A model generated the notes under the pieces. The model searched no databases. It was not told the DNA's origin and saw only the letters and a list, made by a program, of their open reading frames with translations. A stretch of 64,000 nucleotides of DNA from Dehalococcoidia bacterium (GTDB lineage: Bacteria > Chloroflexota > Dehalococcoidia > Plut-88900), in NCBI GenBank assembly GCA_965207225.1, contig CBDBLV010000004.1:288001-352000 (forward strand). The letters run 5' to 3'. The position numbers and the translations under genes were made by a program. Positions 21,228 through 31,257 of this stretch are shown here, piece after piece; within the stretch, counting starts at the first letter, position 1; every line of letters begins with the position of its first letter.

Positions 21228-22223
21228 TTACTGCAGGGCTATGGCGTAGGCGTCCCCCACCACCGAGAACCCCGGCCCGACACTCCCGCCAATCGAATAG
21301 GCGATGCCGTCTACGTTTGCCATGGCCGCACCATGCACGGTCAATGGCAGCGGCTGGAAAGTCTGCCACCGCCCCGACTTGGGATCAAAGGCCCGCACCG
21401 AGTCCAGGGCAATGTCTATGTTCTCGCCGCCCAGGATGTACACCCGACCATTGTGCTCCAGCGCTCCCAGGTTAGCCCGTGCAACGCTCAAGCCTTGGAC
21501 TGCCGCCCAAACTCCGGAAGTCGGGTCAAGGGTCTCAACCAGGTCCACGGTCGAGCTACCCGTCTCATTCTTGCCGCCAATTACATATATGAGCTTGCCC
21601 ACCGTGACGGCGCTCATGTGGCTCCGCTCCGTTTGCAGCGACGGGCCTCGACGCCAGGAATCCGATTCAGGGTCATAAATATCGATGCGAGAAGAGGCGG
21701 TGTTCTCATCTACCCCACCAATCAGATAGACTCGGTTGCCGTAAACGGTTGCTGCAAGGGCGGCTCGGGGGTAGGGCATCGGAGCCACCTCGCTCCAGGC
21801 ATTCGAATGTGCATCGTACTGATAAACCCCACCCGACACCTCACCTCGCCTCCCCACAAACCCACCGAACAAGAATACCTTGTCCCCGCCTTCCCGGCTG
21901 AGACCGACTGCAGCCGCATTATGTACGGCCTTGGGCAGGGACGCGGTGACCTTCCAGGTCTTGTCCCGCGGATCGAATACCTCAACTTTCCTCGAGGGCC
22001 GACCAAGCTCGTCCAGACCGCCCATCACGTACACCTTGCCATCGGCCACTGCCACCGCGGCGGCTGTTCTTGGGGTGGGGAGAGGCGGGAGTGGCGCCCA
22101 AGCCTGAGCGGTAACAGGGATGTCTGTGGGTTCGGGGGTGGGGCTGGGGGAGATGGAAACCGTGGAGCATCCGGCGATGACAAGGGCAAGGATAGCAATC
22201 AGTGTGAGGGCCGGACGTTTCAT
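21228..22223 (-). CDS. Kelch-repeat lipoprotein
   Basis: Signal peptide with lipobox IAGC; six Kelch repeats with Y.hGG and YDP..W. Confidence 0.85.
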   Translation of the reverse strand: MKRPALTLIAILALVIAGCSTVSISPSPTPEPTDIPVTAQAWAPLPPLPTPRTAAAVAVADGKVYVMGGLDELGRPSRKVEVFDPRDKTWKVTASLPKAVHNAAAVGLSREGGDKVFLFGGFVGRRGEVSGGVYQYDAHSNAWSEVAPMPYPRAALAATVYGNRVYLIGGVDENTASSRIDIYDPESDSWRRGPSLQTERSHMSAVTVGKLIYVIGGKNETGSSTVDLVETLDPTSGVWAAVQGLSVARANLGALEHNGRVYILGGENIDIALDSVRAFDPKSGRWQTFQPLPLTVHGAAMANVDGIAYSIGGSVGPGFSVVGDAYAIALQ

Positions 22224-22246
22224 CGCGCTTATGATACCAAAAGGAA

Positions 22247-22278
22247 AGGGGCCTTTCGATATGAAAGGCCCCTTTTGG
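22247..22278 (-). terminator. Intrinsic terminator of the aor operon
   Basis: AAAGGGGCCTTTC / GAAAGGCCCCTTT inverted repeat; T-rich tail on the minus strand. Confidence 0.7.
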
Positions 22279-22318
22279 CTCGATGGATTTTTCATCAGCC
22301 TTGCATGAGAATCGACAC

Positions 22319-22573
22319 CTAGGAGCCGCCAGCCAGAGGCGGGAAAACGCTAACTATGTCGCCATCCTGAAGCTTCTTCTGTTCCCGCCATTCCTGCTCT
22401 GCGGGACAGTGCTGGCCATTAACGAGGGTCATGTGGGCCAATTCCGGTGGAATTTCCAATTGGGCAATTACATCCCAGAGGCTGGTCCCCTCTTCCAGTT
22501 CCAGTACCCCCTTGCCCGTGCCGTTGCCCATCTTCGCCCGAAGGCTGGCGAACAGTTTTATCTCTACTTGCAT
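22319..22573 (-). CDS. MoaD/ThiS family ubiquitin-like sulfur carrier
   Basis: IKLFASLR, LVNG and C-terminal FPPLAGGS. Confidence 0.88.
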   Translation of the reverse strand: MQVEIKLFASLRAKMGNGTGKGVLELEEGTSLWDVIAQLEIPPELAHMTLVNGQHCPAEQEWREQKKLQDGDIVSVFPPLAGGS

Positions 22574-22580
22574 GGCCTAT

Positions 22581-23978
22581 CTATTCGGCTGCCTCTTCGG
22601 GCTCGGGGATGCCTGAGACCAGCACGCCGTGCCATTCCGAGACCTGTGTCTTTGCAGCGACATTGCCGTCCCTGTAGCCCCGGTCGGCAGACTGGCCGCC
22701 GGTCAGTGTGCTCTTGAGGAGGCCCTCTGCTACTTTGCAGGCGATGTAGGGCTTGCGAACGTCAAGGGGGTTGTTGTTGAGGTAGTCCTTCCACTTGCCG
22801 AGTTGGGTACCGGCCTGGATGAAGCCCTTGACCATGCCTACGTCGTTCAGGGCCCCGACGTCGGAGGCCCGACCCACCATCACCGCTCCGACTATCCGGT
22901 CACCGTCCCAGGACAACCGCCTGTAAACCGACGTGATGGAGCTTGAAACTACTGTCGTATCCGCATCGCTCTGCCAGTCCCCAAAGCTTGCCACTTGGAG
23001 CCCTACCGCGTCGACAACGTTGAACCCGATGCTTCCAGCGTAGCTCACATCCTGACCTGCCATGTTAGAACCTGCCACACGCCCGTGTTCGAAGGCGGTG
23101 GGCTGAATGGCATGGACAGCCTTGGAGTCGGAGTGGAGAACAGGACCCTCTGCCACGTCTCCGGCGGCGTAGATGCCGTCCACGTTGGTCGCCATTTTGC
23201 TGTCAACTAGTATGCCGTCACCGGTAGCTATGCCAGCACTCGAGGCGAAGTCCAGGTTGGGTCGGATGCCCGTGGCCATGACAACGGCATCGGCTTCCAT
23301 CTTGTCGCCGCTGCTCAGCTTAACGTCGCGATGGGAATCATGCTGGCCGATGCTGGAGACGCTTGTCCCGGTTATGCACCTGACTCCGTTCTTCTCTAGC
23401 CATGCCTCCACCACCTCTGCCGCTTCGGAGTTGATCATCCTCGGGAGGATGTGCTCCTCCAGTTCAACAAAGGTGATAGTGTGGCCCCCGCCGTGAAGTC
23501 CGTCGAGAATAATCAGACCAATAAACCCTGCACCGACAATTACTACCCTGCTCCCCGACGAGACGTTGTTCTTGAAGTTCCGGGCGTCCTCCAGGTTCCA
23601 CATATTCTGGACGCCCGCACCGTCGGATCCATCAATGGGCGGGGTGGTGGCGGAGGAACCGGTGGCTATCAGCAGGTTGTCATACCCTATGGAGGAGCCG
23701 TCACTCAGGGTTACGGCCTTGCCCGCCGCATCGATGCTTGTGACGTGGACCCCGTATTTTGTCTCCACGTTCAGGCCCGAGAGGTAGTCTTCATCGGCCG
23801 TTTTCACCGCCTGTTCACTTATGTCCCCTGCCAGGTAATAAGGCAAAGCCATCCGTGAATAGGGAGGCTCGTTGCCGATTAGGGTAATCGAAGAGTCAGA
23901 CTGGAGTCCCCTGATAGTCTCAATCGCCCGAATCCCTGCGGGACCCGTTCCGAGGACTAAGTGTCTCGTGTTCGCCAT
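22581..23978 (-). CDS. NAD(P)/FAD-dependent oxidoreductase (AorC-like)
   Basis: GTGPAG, PYSRMAL, LLIATGS, GAGFIG and IYAAGD; lies in the aor operon. Confidence 0.88.
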   Translation of the reverse strand: MANTRHLVLGTGPAGIRAIETIRGLQSDSSITLIGNEPPYSRMALPYYLAGDISEQAVKTADEDYLSGLNVETKYGVHVTSIDAAGKAVTLSDGSSIGYDNLLIATGSSATTPPIDGSDGAGVQNMWNLEDARNFKNNVSSGSRVVIVGAGFIGLIILDGLHGGGHTITFVELEEHILPRMINSEAAEVVEAWLEKNGVRCITGTSVSSIGQHDSHRDVKLSSGDKMEADAVVMATGIRPNLDFASSAGIATGDGILVDSKMATNVDGIYAAGDVAEGPVLHSDSKAVHAIQPTAFEHGRVAGSNMAGQDVSYAGSIGFNVVDAVGLQVASFGDWQSDADTTVVSSSITSVYRRLSWDGDRIVGAVMVGRASDVGALNDVGMVKGFIQAGTQLGKWKDYLNNNPLDVRKPYIACKVAEGLLKSTLTGGQSADRGYRDGNVAAKTQVSEWHGVLVSGIPEPEEAAE

Positions 23979-23982
23979 GTTG

Positions 23983-24273
23983 CTAACCTCCCGGAAATCC
24001 TCTTACGCCGTGGTAGAGCAGGGTGACCCTGTCTTCTTGTCCCAGCGTCGTCGCCATTCCGTCCAGGAACTTTATGTTTCTGCCGTTTACCAGTACCTCT
24101 ACGTCGTCGTTAAGCTCTGATTCGTCACCATCCACAAAGAGCAGTTCTCTCAACTCAGTGCGACTTCCGTTGGACAACTCTACCAGAAGCGCCTGCACCC
24201 GTGGCTGGTCTATGTCTTCTTCGGCTACGCTGGCTAATTCTCTCAGTTTTCCCAAGTATTTTATCGTGGTCAC
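23983..24273 (-). CDS. MoaD family protein
   Basis: VLVNGRNI; C-terminal FPGG. Confidence 0.82.
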   Translation of the reverse strand: MTTIKYLGKLRELASVAEEDIDQPRVQALLVELSNGSRTELRELLFVDGDESELNDDVEVLVNGRNIKFLDGMATTLGQEDRVTLLYHGVRGFPGG

Positions 24274-24289
24274 GATATCGACAAGTTCG

Positions 24290-26137
24290 CTAGGCGATGC
24301 CTAGCGCTTCCAGCTTTTCTTCCGTCGGGGCGCCGTCCTGGTCCCAACCTCGCAGGCTGTAATACTCAGGCAGCATCTTGTCCAGCAGCCCCACCCTACC
24401 CCGGGCCGGATTATCGTCTCCGCGAATTGCATCCTTCAGTATGCGGTCGGGCAGAGTATCGTCGGCTTTTGTCAGGCCGGCCTTCAGGTTGAATAGCCTC
24501 TCCAGGTTCCAGACCCGCTCACCGATGGTATTCATGTCATCCATGGTGAATTCAATGCCCGTGACCCTCACCAGCAACTGTCTAATGTCTTCCAGGTCGT
24601 TGCCGGCGGAGATGAAGAGGCAGAGGCCCGTGGAATCGTGGATAGAGTTTTCGTTCTGGAGGGACACGACCAGCTCGGCTTTACCATCGGGGGAGGCGGG
24701 ATCCAGCATGTAAGGCATTCCAAAGATCTCGGCGGCGGGGGTGAAGGCGCGCAGGTGATCGGCGCCCCGGTTGTTGGTGGCGTAAGCCAAGCTCATGCCG
24801 TTGTAGGCCCGGGGGTCGTAGGCCGGGAACTCCTGGCCTTTGGCGCCCATGTGAACGCCGGGGTTGCCGTACTTGATTGCCATGCGCTTCGAACCTTCGG
24901 CCAACGTGTCCCCGATACCCTCCCGATAGCTAGTTTTTTCAACCAGGGAGACAAGGGCCTCGCCGCTGCCGAAGTCCATCTCCATCCCAGCCTCAGCCTC
25001 GGAGATGGCGCCCTCCCCATAAAGTTCCATCGCTGCGGAGACGGTCGCGCCCATGGATATGGTGTCGACTCCCAGGTCGTTGCACATCCAGTTGGCTTTT
25101 ATCAGGGCGTCCAGGTCTGAAACGCCGCACTGCGCCCCCAAGGCCCAAGCCGTTTCATACTCCGGGCCTTCGGCGGCGATATTCCAGTTGCGAGGATGCG
25201 TATTTACCATGTATTTCCCGGCCGCTCCATCGGGAAGGTGAGTGACCCTTCCACAGGCAATGGTGCAGCTGAAGCAGGCTTTATTGGAGACAAGTCGGGT
25301 CTCGGAAAGGGCCTCGCCGTTGATGTACTCTTCTCCCTCGAACTGGGTCTCAAGGTGATTACGGGTCGGGAGTCCGCCAGTCTCATTGATGATCCCCATA
25401 ATTTCGAGGGTGCCGTACATCTGCATCCCCATTACACCGGGGTTGTCGGTCAGTTTGCCGTGCTGAGACCCGATCGCCTGCATTGCCCCGTCGGCTGACG
25501 CTACCTGTACACTCCCCGTACCCCGAACTGCTATGGCTTTCAGGTTTTTGGACCCCATCACGGCCCCGACCCCCGAGCGGCCAGCGGCACGGTGAAGGTC
25601 GTTCACTATGCAGGCAAACCTGACCAGATTCTCACCGGCGGGACCGATGCTTCCTATCACGCAGTCGGGAACGCCGGTCTCCGTCCTAATCAGTTCCTCT
25701 GTTTCCCAGACCGTACTACCCCAGATGCGCTCCGCCGACAGAAGTCTCACATCGTCGTCATAAATCCAGAGGTAGACTGGGCTTGGGGCCCGACCCTCCA
25801 CAATAACCATATCGTACCCGGCGAATTTGAGCTCTGGGCCCCAGAAGCCCCCCGAGTTGGACCCGGCCATGCCGCCCGTCAACGGGCTCTTGGTCACAAC
25901 CGAGTACCGGGAAGATGCCGAAGCCCCCGTACCGGTCAGCGGGCCCGTTGAGAAAACCAGGACGTTGTCCGGGTGCAGGGCGTCGACGGTGGGGTCTACC
26001 ATCTCCTCGTAGAGGTACTTGGCCCCGAGACCTCTCATGCCAACATAGTCCCGGGCCCAGTCCATGTTCAGGTCTTCCTTTTCGACCACACCATTGGTCA
26101 GGTCAACCCTCAGGACTTTTCCGGTCCAGCCATTCAT
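24290..26137 (-). CDS. Tungsten aldehyde:ferredoxin oxidoreductase family catalytic subunit (paralog 2)
   Basis: TKSPLTG, RAAGRSGVGAVMGSKNLKAI, CFSCTIAC and PEYE. Confidence 0.93.
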   Translation of the reverse strand: MNGWTGKVLRVDLTNGVVEKEDLNMDWARDYVGMRGLGAKYLYEEMVDPTVDALHPDNVLVFSTGPLTGTGASASSRYSVVTKSPLTGGMAGSNSGGFWGPELKFAGYDMVIVEGRAPSPVYLWIYDDDVRLLSAERIWGSTVWETEELIRTETGVPDCVIGSIGPAGENLVRFACIVNDLHRAAGRSGVGAVMGSKNLKAIAVRGTGSVQVASADGAMQAIGSQHGKLTDNPGVMGMQMYGTLEIMGIINETGGLPTRNHLETQFEGEEYINGEALSETRLVSNKACFSCTIACGRVTHLPDGAAGKYMVNTHPRNWNIAAEGPEYETAWALGAQCGVSDLDALIKANWMCNDLGVDTISMGATVSAAMELYGEGAISEAEAGMEMDFGSGEALVSLVEKTSYREGIGDTLAEGSKRMAIKYGNPGVHMGAKGQEFPAYDPRAYNGMSLAYATNNRGADHLRAFTPAAEIFGMPYMLDPASPDGKAELVVSLQNENSIHDSTGLCLFISAGNDLEDIRQLLVRVTGIEFTMDDMNTIGERVWNLERLFNLKAGLTKADDTLPDRILKDAIRGDDNPARGRVGLLDKMLPEYYSLRGWDQDGAPTEEKLEALGIA

Positions 26138-26184
26138 AGGTATCGCATCCTTAAAAGGCCCCGAAATCGAAAGGTAGCGACCCT

Positions 26185-28029
26185 TTACAGGATACCGAGT
26201 TGGACCAGCTTTTCTTCGGTGGGCTCCCCGTCCTGGGTCCAGCCCCGGGCCTCGTAGTACTGGGGCAGCATCTCGGACAGCCGATTGACGCGGCCCTTGG
26301 CGGGACCTGCCGGAATAGCTTCGTTTAGCAACCGTTTGGGCAAGGTGTCCATGGTTCCGGGGACGCCGGCCTTGACGTTCCAGACACGCTCCAGGTTGTA
26401 GATCCGCTCCCCAACTTCCAGCAGTTCTTCCATCGAGTAGTCCAGGCCCGTGGCAGCGTTCAACTCAGGCTGGATGTCGTCCAGCCCAATGCCGAAGGTA
26501 AGGAACAGGCACAGACCTGAGGCATCGACAGCAGAAGTCACGTCCTGGAAGATCTTGGTCAGTTCGGCCTTGCCTTCGGTGGCCGTGGGGTCGGCCTGCT
26601 GCGGGATTCCGAATACCTCCGCGGCAATGGTGTATGCCTTCAAGTGGCACGCGCCCCGGTTGGATGTTGCATAGCCGAGGCCAATGCCCTGAAAGGCCCG
26701 AGCATCGTAGGCCGCCACTTCCTGACCTTTCACGCCTATGAAGAGGTCGGGGTGGCCATATTTCTCGGTCATCCTCTTGGCGCCCTCGGCCAACTCGTTG
26801 CCGAATCCCTCCCGGAGGCAGGTCTTTTCAGCCATGGCTACCAAGGCCTCTCCGCTACCGAAGTTCAGGGGCATTCCCGTCTCTTCTTCGTTGATGACCT
26901 CTTTTTCGTACAGTTCCATCGCTGCGGCCAGGGTGCCGCCGTAGGAAATGGGGTCGATGCCCAGGTCATTGCAGACCCAGTTGGCCTTGATAAGCGCATC
27001 GAGATCGCCGATACCGCAGTCTGATCCCATGGCCCAAGCTGCCTCGTATTCAGGCCCCTCGCCCGACACTTTCCAGTTGCGGGGAGTGGTGGTGACCATG
27101 TATTTGTCGGCGGCATCGCCCGGCAGGTGCGTCACCCGGCCACAGGCGATGGTGCAGGCAAAGCAGGCCTTCGGACCCGTGAGACGGGTGTCGGTCATCG
27201 TTTCTCCGCTTATACCCTCGGCCTCTGCGAACTCGCCATACTGGTGGTTGTTGGTCGGGAGTCCGCCGTGCTGGTTTATCACGTTGACAAGGACCGGGGT
27301 GCCGTACACCCGGAGGCCTTCTCCGGTAACAGGAGAAGCAGCCAACTTTTGCTTAGCAGCGAACGTGGATGTCATCATGGCGTCGCCATTCGCTACCTGT
27401 ACCGCTCCCGTGCCCCGAACGCCGATGGCCTTGAGGTTCTTGGAGCCCATCACAGCGCCAACACCGTTACGGCCTGCGGCCCGGTGCTTGTCATTCATGA
27501 TGGCGGCGAACCGCACCATGTTCTCACCGGCAGGGCCAATGCTGGCAACTACGGCGTCGGGTACGGCGGTCTCCTCTCGGATGGTGTCCTCGGTCTCCCA
27601 GACTCCCTTGCCCCAGAGGTGAGACGCGTCGATGAGCTGGACGTCATCGTCATAAATCCAGAGGTATACGGGCTTAGGTGATTTGCCGTTCAGGATCACC
27701 ATGTCGTAGCCGGCAAACTTGAGCTCGGGGCCCCAGTGCCCACCCGAGTTGGAAGTGGTAATGGTGCCGCTCAAGGGGCTCTTGGTGATCACCATGTACC
27801 GGGCCCCGCACGAGGCGTTGGTCCCCGTCATGGGACCCGTGGCGAAGATCAACTCGTTTTCCGGGCTTAGTGGCTCGACCGTCGGGTCCATATCCTCGTG
27901 GAGATACCGGGCCCCCAGGCCCCTACCCCCAACGTATTGCCGGGCCCACTCTTCGTTAATGTCTTCTTTCTTTATGGTACCGGTGCTCAGGTCTACCCGG
28001 AGCACTTTCCCAGACCAGCCGTATGCCAT
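26185..28029 (-). CDS. Tungsten aldehyde:ferredoxin oxidoreductase family catalytic subunit (paralog 1)
   Basis: TKSPLSG, RAAGRNGVGAVMGSKNLKAI, CFACTIAC, PEYE and RGACH; GGAG upstream of the ATG at 28029. Confidence 0.93.
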   Translation of the reverse strand: MAYGWSGKVLRVDLSTGTIKKEDINEEWARQYVGGRGLGARYLHEDMDPTVEPLSPENELIFATGPMTGTNASCGARYMVITKSPLSGTITTSNSGGHWGPELKFAGYDMVILNGKSPKPVYLWIYDDDVQLIDASHLWGKGVWETEDTIREETAVPDAVVASIGPAGENMVRFAAIMNDKHRAAGRNGVGAVMGSKNLKAIGVRGTGAVQVANGDAMMTSTFAAKQKLAASPVTGEGLRVYGTPVLVNVINQHGGLPTNNHQYGEFAEAEGISGETMTDTRLTGPKACFACTIACGRVTHLPGDAADKYMVTTTPRNWKVSGEGPEYEAAWAMGSDCGIGDLDALIKANWVCNDLGIDPISYGGTLAAAMELYEKEVINEEETGMPLNFGSGEALVAMAEKTCLREGFGNELAEGAKRMTEKYGHPDLFIGVKGQEVAAYDARAFQGIGLGYATSNRGACHLKAYTIAAEVFGIPQQADPTATEGKAELTKIFQDVTSAVDASGLCLFLTFGIGLDDIQPELNAATGLDYSMEELLEVGERIYNLERVWNVKAGVPGTMDTLPKRLLNEAIPAGPAKGRVNRLSEMLPQYYEARGWTQDGEPTEEKLVQLGIL

Positions 28030-28034
28030 TGCTC

Positions 28035-28526
28035 CTAGCTCCCTTCTAAGGACCTTGCGTAGTTGGCGTCCACCTTGTCGCCCCACGGGCCAAGCCAATC
28101 AGAGCCGTTTGCCTCGGCAACCTCAATGGCGTTTGTCGGGCAGGCCCGGGCGCAGGCGGGGTCGCCACCGCATAGGTCGCACTTTACTGCCTTCTTGGTA
28201 GCGGGGTTCAGGAACACCGTCCCGAATGGGCAGGCGATGACGCAGAGCTTGCAGCCCACGCAGGTGTCTTCTATGACGATCTTGGCCTGGGTGTCGGGGT
28301 CCACGCCGATGGCGTTGACCGGGCAGACCTGCAGGCACCATGCCTCCTCGCATTGGAAGCAGGTGTAGGGACTGTAGCTGGACTGCTCATCAAAGATGTG
28401 CACCCTTATCAGGGACTGTGAGGGCTGGAATGTGCCGGTCTGCACCCATGAGCAAGCCAATTCACACTGAATACAGCCGGTGCATCGGTCAGGGTGAATT
28501 TCGAGCATCTTGACAGTGCTTCCCAT
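28035..28526 (-). CDS. Polyferredoxin Fe-S subunit with four [4Fe-4S] motifs (AorA-like)
   Basis: CTGCIQCELAC, CFQCEEAWCLQVCP, CVGCKLCVIACP and KCDLCGGDPACARACP. Confidence 0.92.
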   Translation of the reverse strand: MGSTVKMLEIHPDRCTGCIQCELACSWVQTGTFQPSQSLIRVHIFDEQSSYSPYTCFQCEEAWCLQVCPVNAIGVDPDTQAKIVIEDTCVGCKLCVIACPFGTVFLNPATKKAVKCDLCGGDPACARACPTNAIEVAEANGSDWLGPWGDKVDANYARSLEGS

Positions 28527-28606
28527 GCTTGCCTCCTTCTCGAAGGTACGCTATAAGGTAACGCGGGCTAGTTTTACATCAGGCGAGGCCTGATGGAGGG
28601 AGCATT

Positions 28607-28635
28607 AGAATAGGGCTGGAGAGGGAATTTGTCAA
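28607..28635 (-). promoter_or_regulatory. Sigma70-type promoter of the aor operon
   Basis: Minus strand TTGACA-17 bp-TATTCT. Confidence 0.65.
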
Positions 28636-28680
28636 TTAGAATTCGCATTAGAATCACTCACAGAAAGTAATTCCACTTCA

Positions 28681-28710
28681 TTGACGCGCAACAAATGTGT
28701 TGTGTATACT
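28681..28710 (+). promoter_or_regulatory. hicAB promoter with palindromic operator in the spacer
   Basis: TTGACG-18 bp-TATACT; CAACA-AATG-TGTTG inverted repeat at 28689-28702. Confidence 0.65.
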
Positions 28711-28750
28711 GTTCCCATCAAGGCCAAGGAGGTAAAGACGTGAATAGCTC

Positions 28751-28936
28751 ATGAATGCGAGTCAATTTAGGCGGTGGTTGTCAAAACACGGTTGTACTTT
28801 CGAGACACACAAGGGCGGCAGCGGGCACCTGACCGTCAGACTCGGAAGCAAGACTTCTCAATTGCCCATACACGGTGGAAAAAACCAGCTAAACACTAAA
28901 CTCATTGCAAAAATCAAAAAGGACTTGCAACTATAA
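28751..28936 (+). CDS. hicA: Type II toxin HicA
   Basis: 61 aa basic protein; GGSGH motif; IKKDLQL end. Confidence 0.88.
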   Translation: MNASQFRRWLSKHGCTFETHKGGSGHLTVRLGSKTSQLPIHGGKNQLNTKLIAKIKKDLQL

Positions 28937-28981
28937 ACTTGAATTACAACAACCGATTCATTCGGAGAAATAGAAACATTA

Positions 28982-29419
28982 ATGCTTGCATATCCGATAT
29001 CTCTTGAAGAAGATGAAAACACAATTCTGGCTACATCCCACGACTTCCCGGAACTTACCACCTTTGGTGAGGGCCGTGATGAGGCTCAATACCGTGCCCT
29101 AGACGCCCTCCAGGAGGCCATCGCCGCCCGGATCCACGACAGAAGGGACATTCCCCCTCCGTCTCCGGGCGGCGATGTCCGCATCACCTTGCCTACCCTC
29201 ACCGCCGTCAAAGTTATCCTGTACCAGGGAATGAGAGACCAGCAAATATCCAAGACGGATTTGGCGCGTCGTCTCGGATGGCATCTGCCACAGGTGGACC
29301 GGGTCCTGGACGTCAATCACCATTCGCGGCTCGACCAGATGGATGCCGCGCTGCAAGCTATAGGTTGCCGTCTGAGTGTGAGTCCAGTATCGTCGACCTC
29401 AGAACTTGTACGGACCTAG
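28982..29419 (+). CDS. hicB: Type II antitoxin HicB
   Basis: DFPELTTFG, ALDAL and a C-terminal HTH (DLARRLGWHLPQVDRVLD). Confidence 0.9.
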   Translation: MLAYPISLEEDENTILATSHDFPELTTFGEGRDEAQYRALDALQEAIAARIHDRRDIPPPSPGGDVRITLPTLTAVKVILYQGMRDQQISKTDLARRLGWHLPQVDRVLDVNHHSRLDQMDAALQAIGCRLSVSPVSSTSELVRT

Positions 29420-29443
29420 TGATGCAGTCGCTTTAGGGAGATA

Positions 29444-31111
29444 GTGTTGTCGGAAACTCCTCAACTGGACACCCTCCAGCAAGCCAAGGCGAATTGGGCC
29501 GAGAAATACGAGGCCTCCAGGAAGCGCGACGCCCTGTACACGACGATTTCCGGCGCGCCCGTCGAACCCCTCCACACCCCTCCTCTCGACCCCTACTCCA
29601 ACTTCGATGAGCAGATGGGGATGCCCGGACAGTACCCATTCCTGAGAGGGATTCACCCCACGGGTCATCGGGGCCGGCTCTGGACCATGCGTATGTTCGC
29701 AGGGTTCGGGACTGCGGAAGAGACTAACGAGCGGTTCAAGTTCCTCCTGGGGCAGGGAGAGACGGGCCTCAGCACCGCCTTCGACATGCCCACCCTCATG
29801 GGTTACGACCACGACGACCCTATGGCCACCGGTGAGTTCGGCAAGTGCGGCGTCGCCGTTTCCTCCATGGCCGACATGGAGGTGTTGTTCGACGAAATCC
29901 CGATCGACCAGGTCACTACGTCCATGACCATAAACGGTCCCGCCGCCATCATCTGGGCCATGTTCATTGCAGCAGCGGAAAAGCGGGGCGTTCCGAGGGC
30001 TAAGCTGGGCGGGACGTTACAGAACGACATCATCAAGGAATACACGGCCCAGAACGAGTACATCTTCCCAGTAGAGGCCTCCATGCGCCTGGTCACCGAC
30101 ACCGTTGAGCTGGCCACCAAGGAGATGCCCCGATGGAACCCAATCAGCATTAGCGGCTACCACATCCGGGAGGCGGGCTCCAATGCCGCCCAGGAACTGG
30201 CATTTACCCTGGCCGATGGTTTCGAGTACGTAGACTGGGCCCTTGAACGTGGTCTCGACATCGACGAGTTTGCGCCTCGGCTCAGTTTCTTCTTCAACGT
30301 CCACGACGACTTCTTCGAGGAGATAGCCAAGTTCCGCGCCGCCCGAAGAATCTGGGCCCGGGAGCTTCGCAACAGGTACGGAGCGAAGAATGAACGGTCT
30401 CTTTGGCTTCGGACCCATGCGCAAACTGCCGGGGTCGCGCTCACAGCCCAGCAGCCCGAGATAAACGTCTCCCGGGTCGCGATCCAGGCCTTGGCTGCCG
30501 TTATGGGCGGCGTTCAGTCTCTTCATACCAACTCCATGGATGAGGTCCTGGCCCTTCCATCGCAGGAAGCAGTGCTTGTGGCGCTTAGAACGCAGCAGAT
30601 CATTGCTCACGAAAGCGGTGTCGCTGACCTCGCCGACCCCCTCGGCGGAAGCTACCACCTGGAAGCCATGACAGACCGAATAGAAGAGGAAGCCTACGAG
30701 TACTTCCGCCAGATCGAGGACCAGGGAGGCGTGATAGCTGCGGTCAAGAATGGCTACTTCCAACGTCAGATCGCCGATTCCGCATTCAAGTACCAGCGTG
30801 AAATCGAGCAAGACCAACGCATCAAGGTCGGGATAAACGGCTATGCCGAGGATAGAGACCCAGAAATCCCCATCCTGGAAATGGATCGAGAAGGCGAGCG
30901 GCACCACTTGGAAAGACTGCACCGCATCCGGGACACCCGGGACCAGGCTGCCGTAGACCGTGCGCTCTCGGCGCTCAAGCGGGCCGCCCTTGGCAGCGAG
31001 AATTTGATGCCGTATCTGTTGGAAGCGGCGCGGGCGTATGCGACCCTCGGGGAAACTACAAACGCCCTTCGAGATACACTGGGCGAGTCTGAGATCTATA
31101 ACGTGGCGTAG
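29444..31111 (+). CDS. B12-dependent acyl-CoA mutase large subunit, isobutyryl-CoA mutase-like
   Basis: [10 protein letters not shown] (Phe), [13 protein letters not shown] (Gln), [11 protein letters not shown] and [10 protein letters not shown]. Confidence 0.85.
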   Translation: MLSETPQLDTLQQAKANWAEKYEASRKRDALYTTISGAPVEPLHTPPLDPYSNFDEQMGMPGQYPFLRGIHPTGHRGRLWTMRMFAGFGTAEETNERFKFLLGQGETGLSTAFDMPTLMGYDHDDPMATGEFGKCGVAVSSMADMEVLFDEIPIDQVTTSMTINGPAAIIWAMFIAAAEKRGVPRAKLGGTLQNDIIKEYTAQNEYIFPVEASMRLVTDTVELATKEMPRWNPISISGYHIREAGSNAAQELAFTLADGFEYVDWALERGLDIDEFAPRLSFFFNVHDDFFEEIAKFRAARRIWARELRNRYGAKNERSLWLRTHAQTAGVALTAQQPEINVSRVAIQALAAVMGGVQSLHTNSMDEVLALPSQEAVLVALRTQQIIAHESGVADLADPLGGSYHLEAMTDRIEEEAYEYFRQIEDQGGVIAAVKNGYFQRQIADSAFKYQREIEQDQRIKVGINGYAEDRDPEIPILEMDREGERHHLERLHRIRDTRDQAAVDRALSALKRAALGSENLMPYLLEAARAYATLGETTNALRDTLGESEIYNVA

Positions 31112-31257
31112 GCCTTCATTCCCTCCAATTTTCTTGTAGCCTTCCGGCACAATTGCGGCCGCAGACTTGATTGCATCCGGTGGCATAACGCGGATTACGC
31201 GTTTATCATAAGCACGGGAGGATCGCCCTGAACTCTACCTACGGATAAGGACGCCCT

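Noticed and set aside
28527-28606. Moco/Wco riboswitch before the aor operon
   Set aside because: The leader is only about 75 nt with a single hairpin (28577-28595), too short and lacking the motif.
31112-31257. Cobalamin riboswitch between the mutase genes
   Set aside because: No B12 box or GGGAA/GCCCCC core elements were seen.
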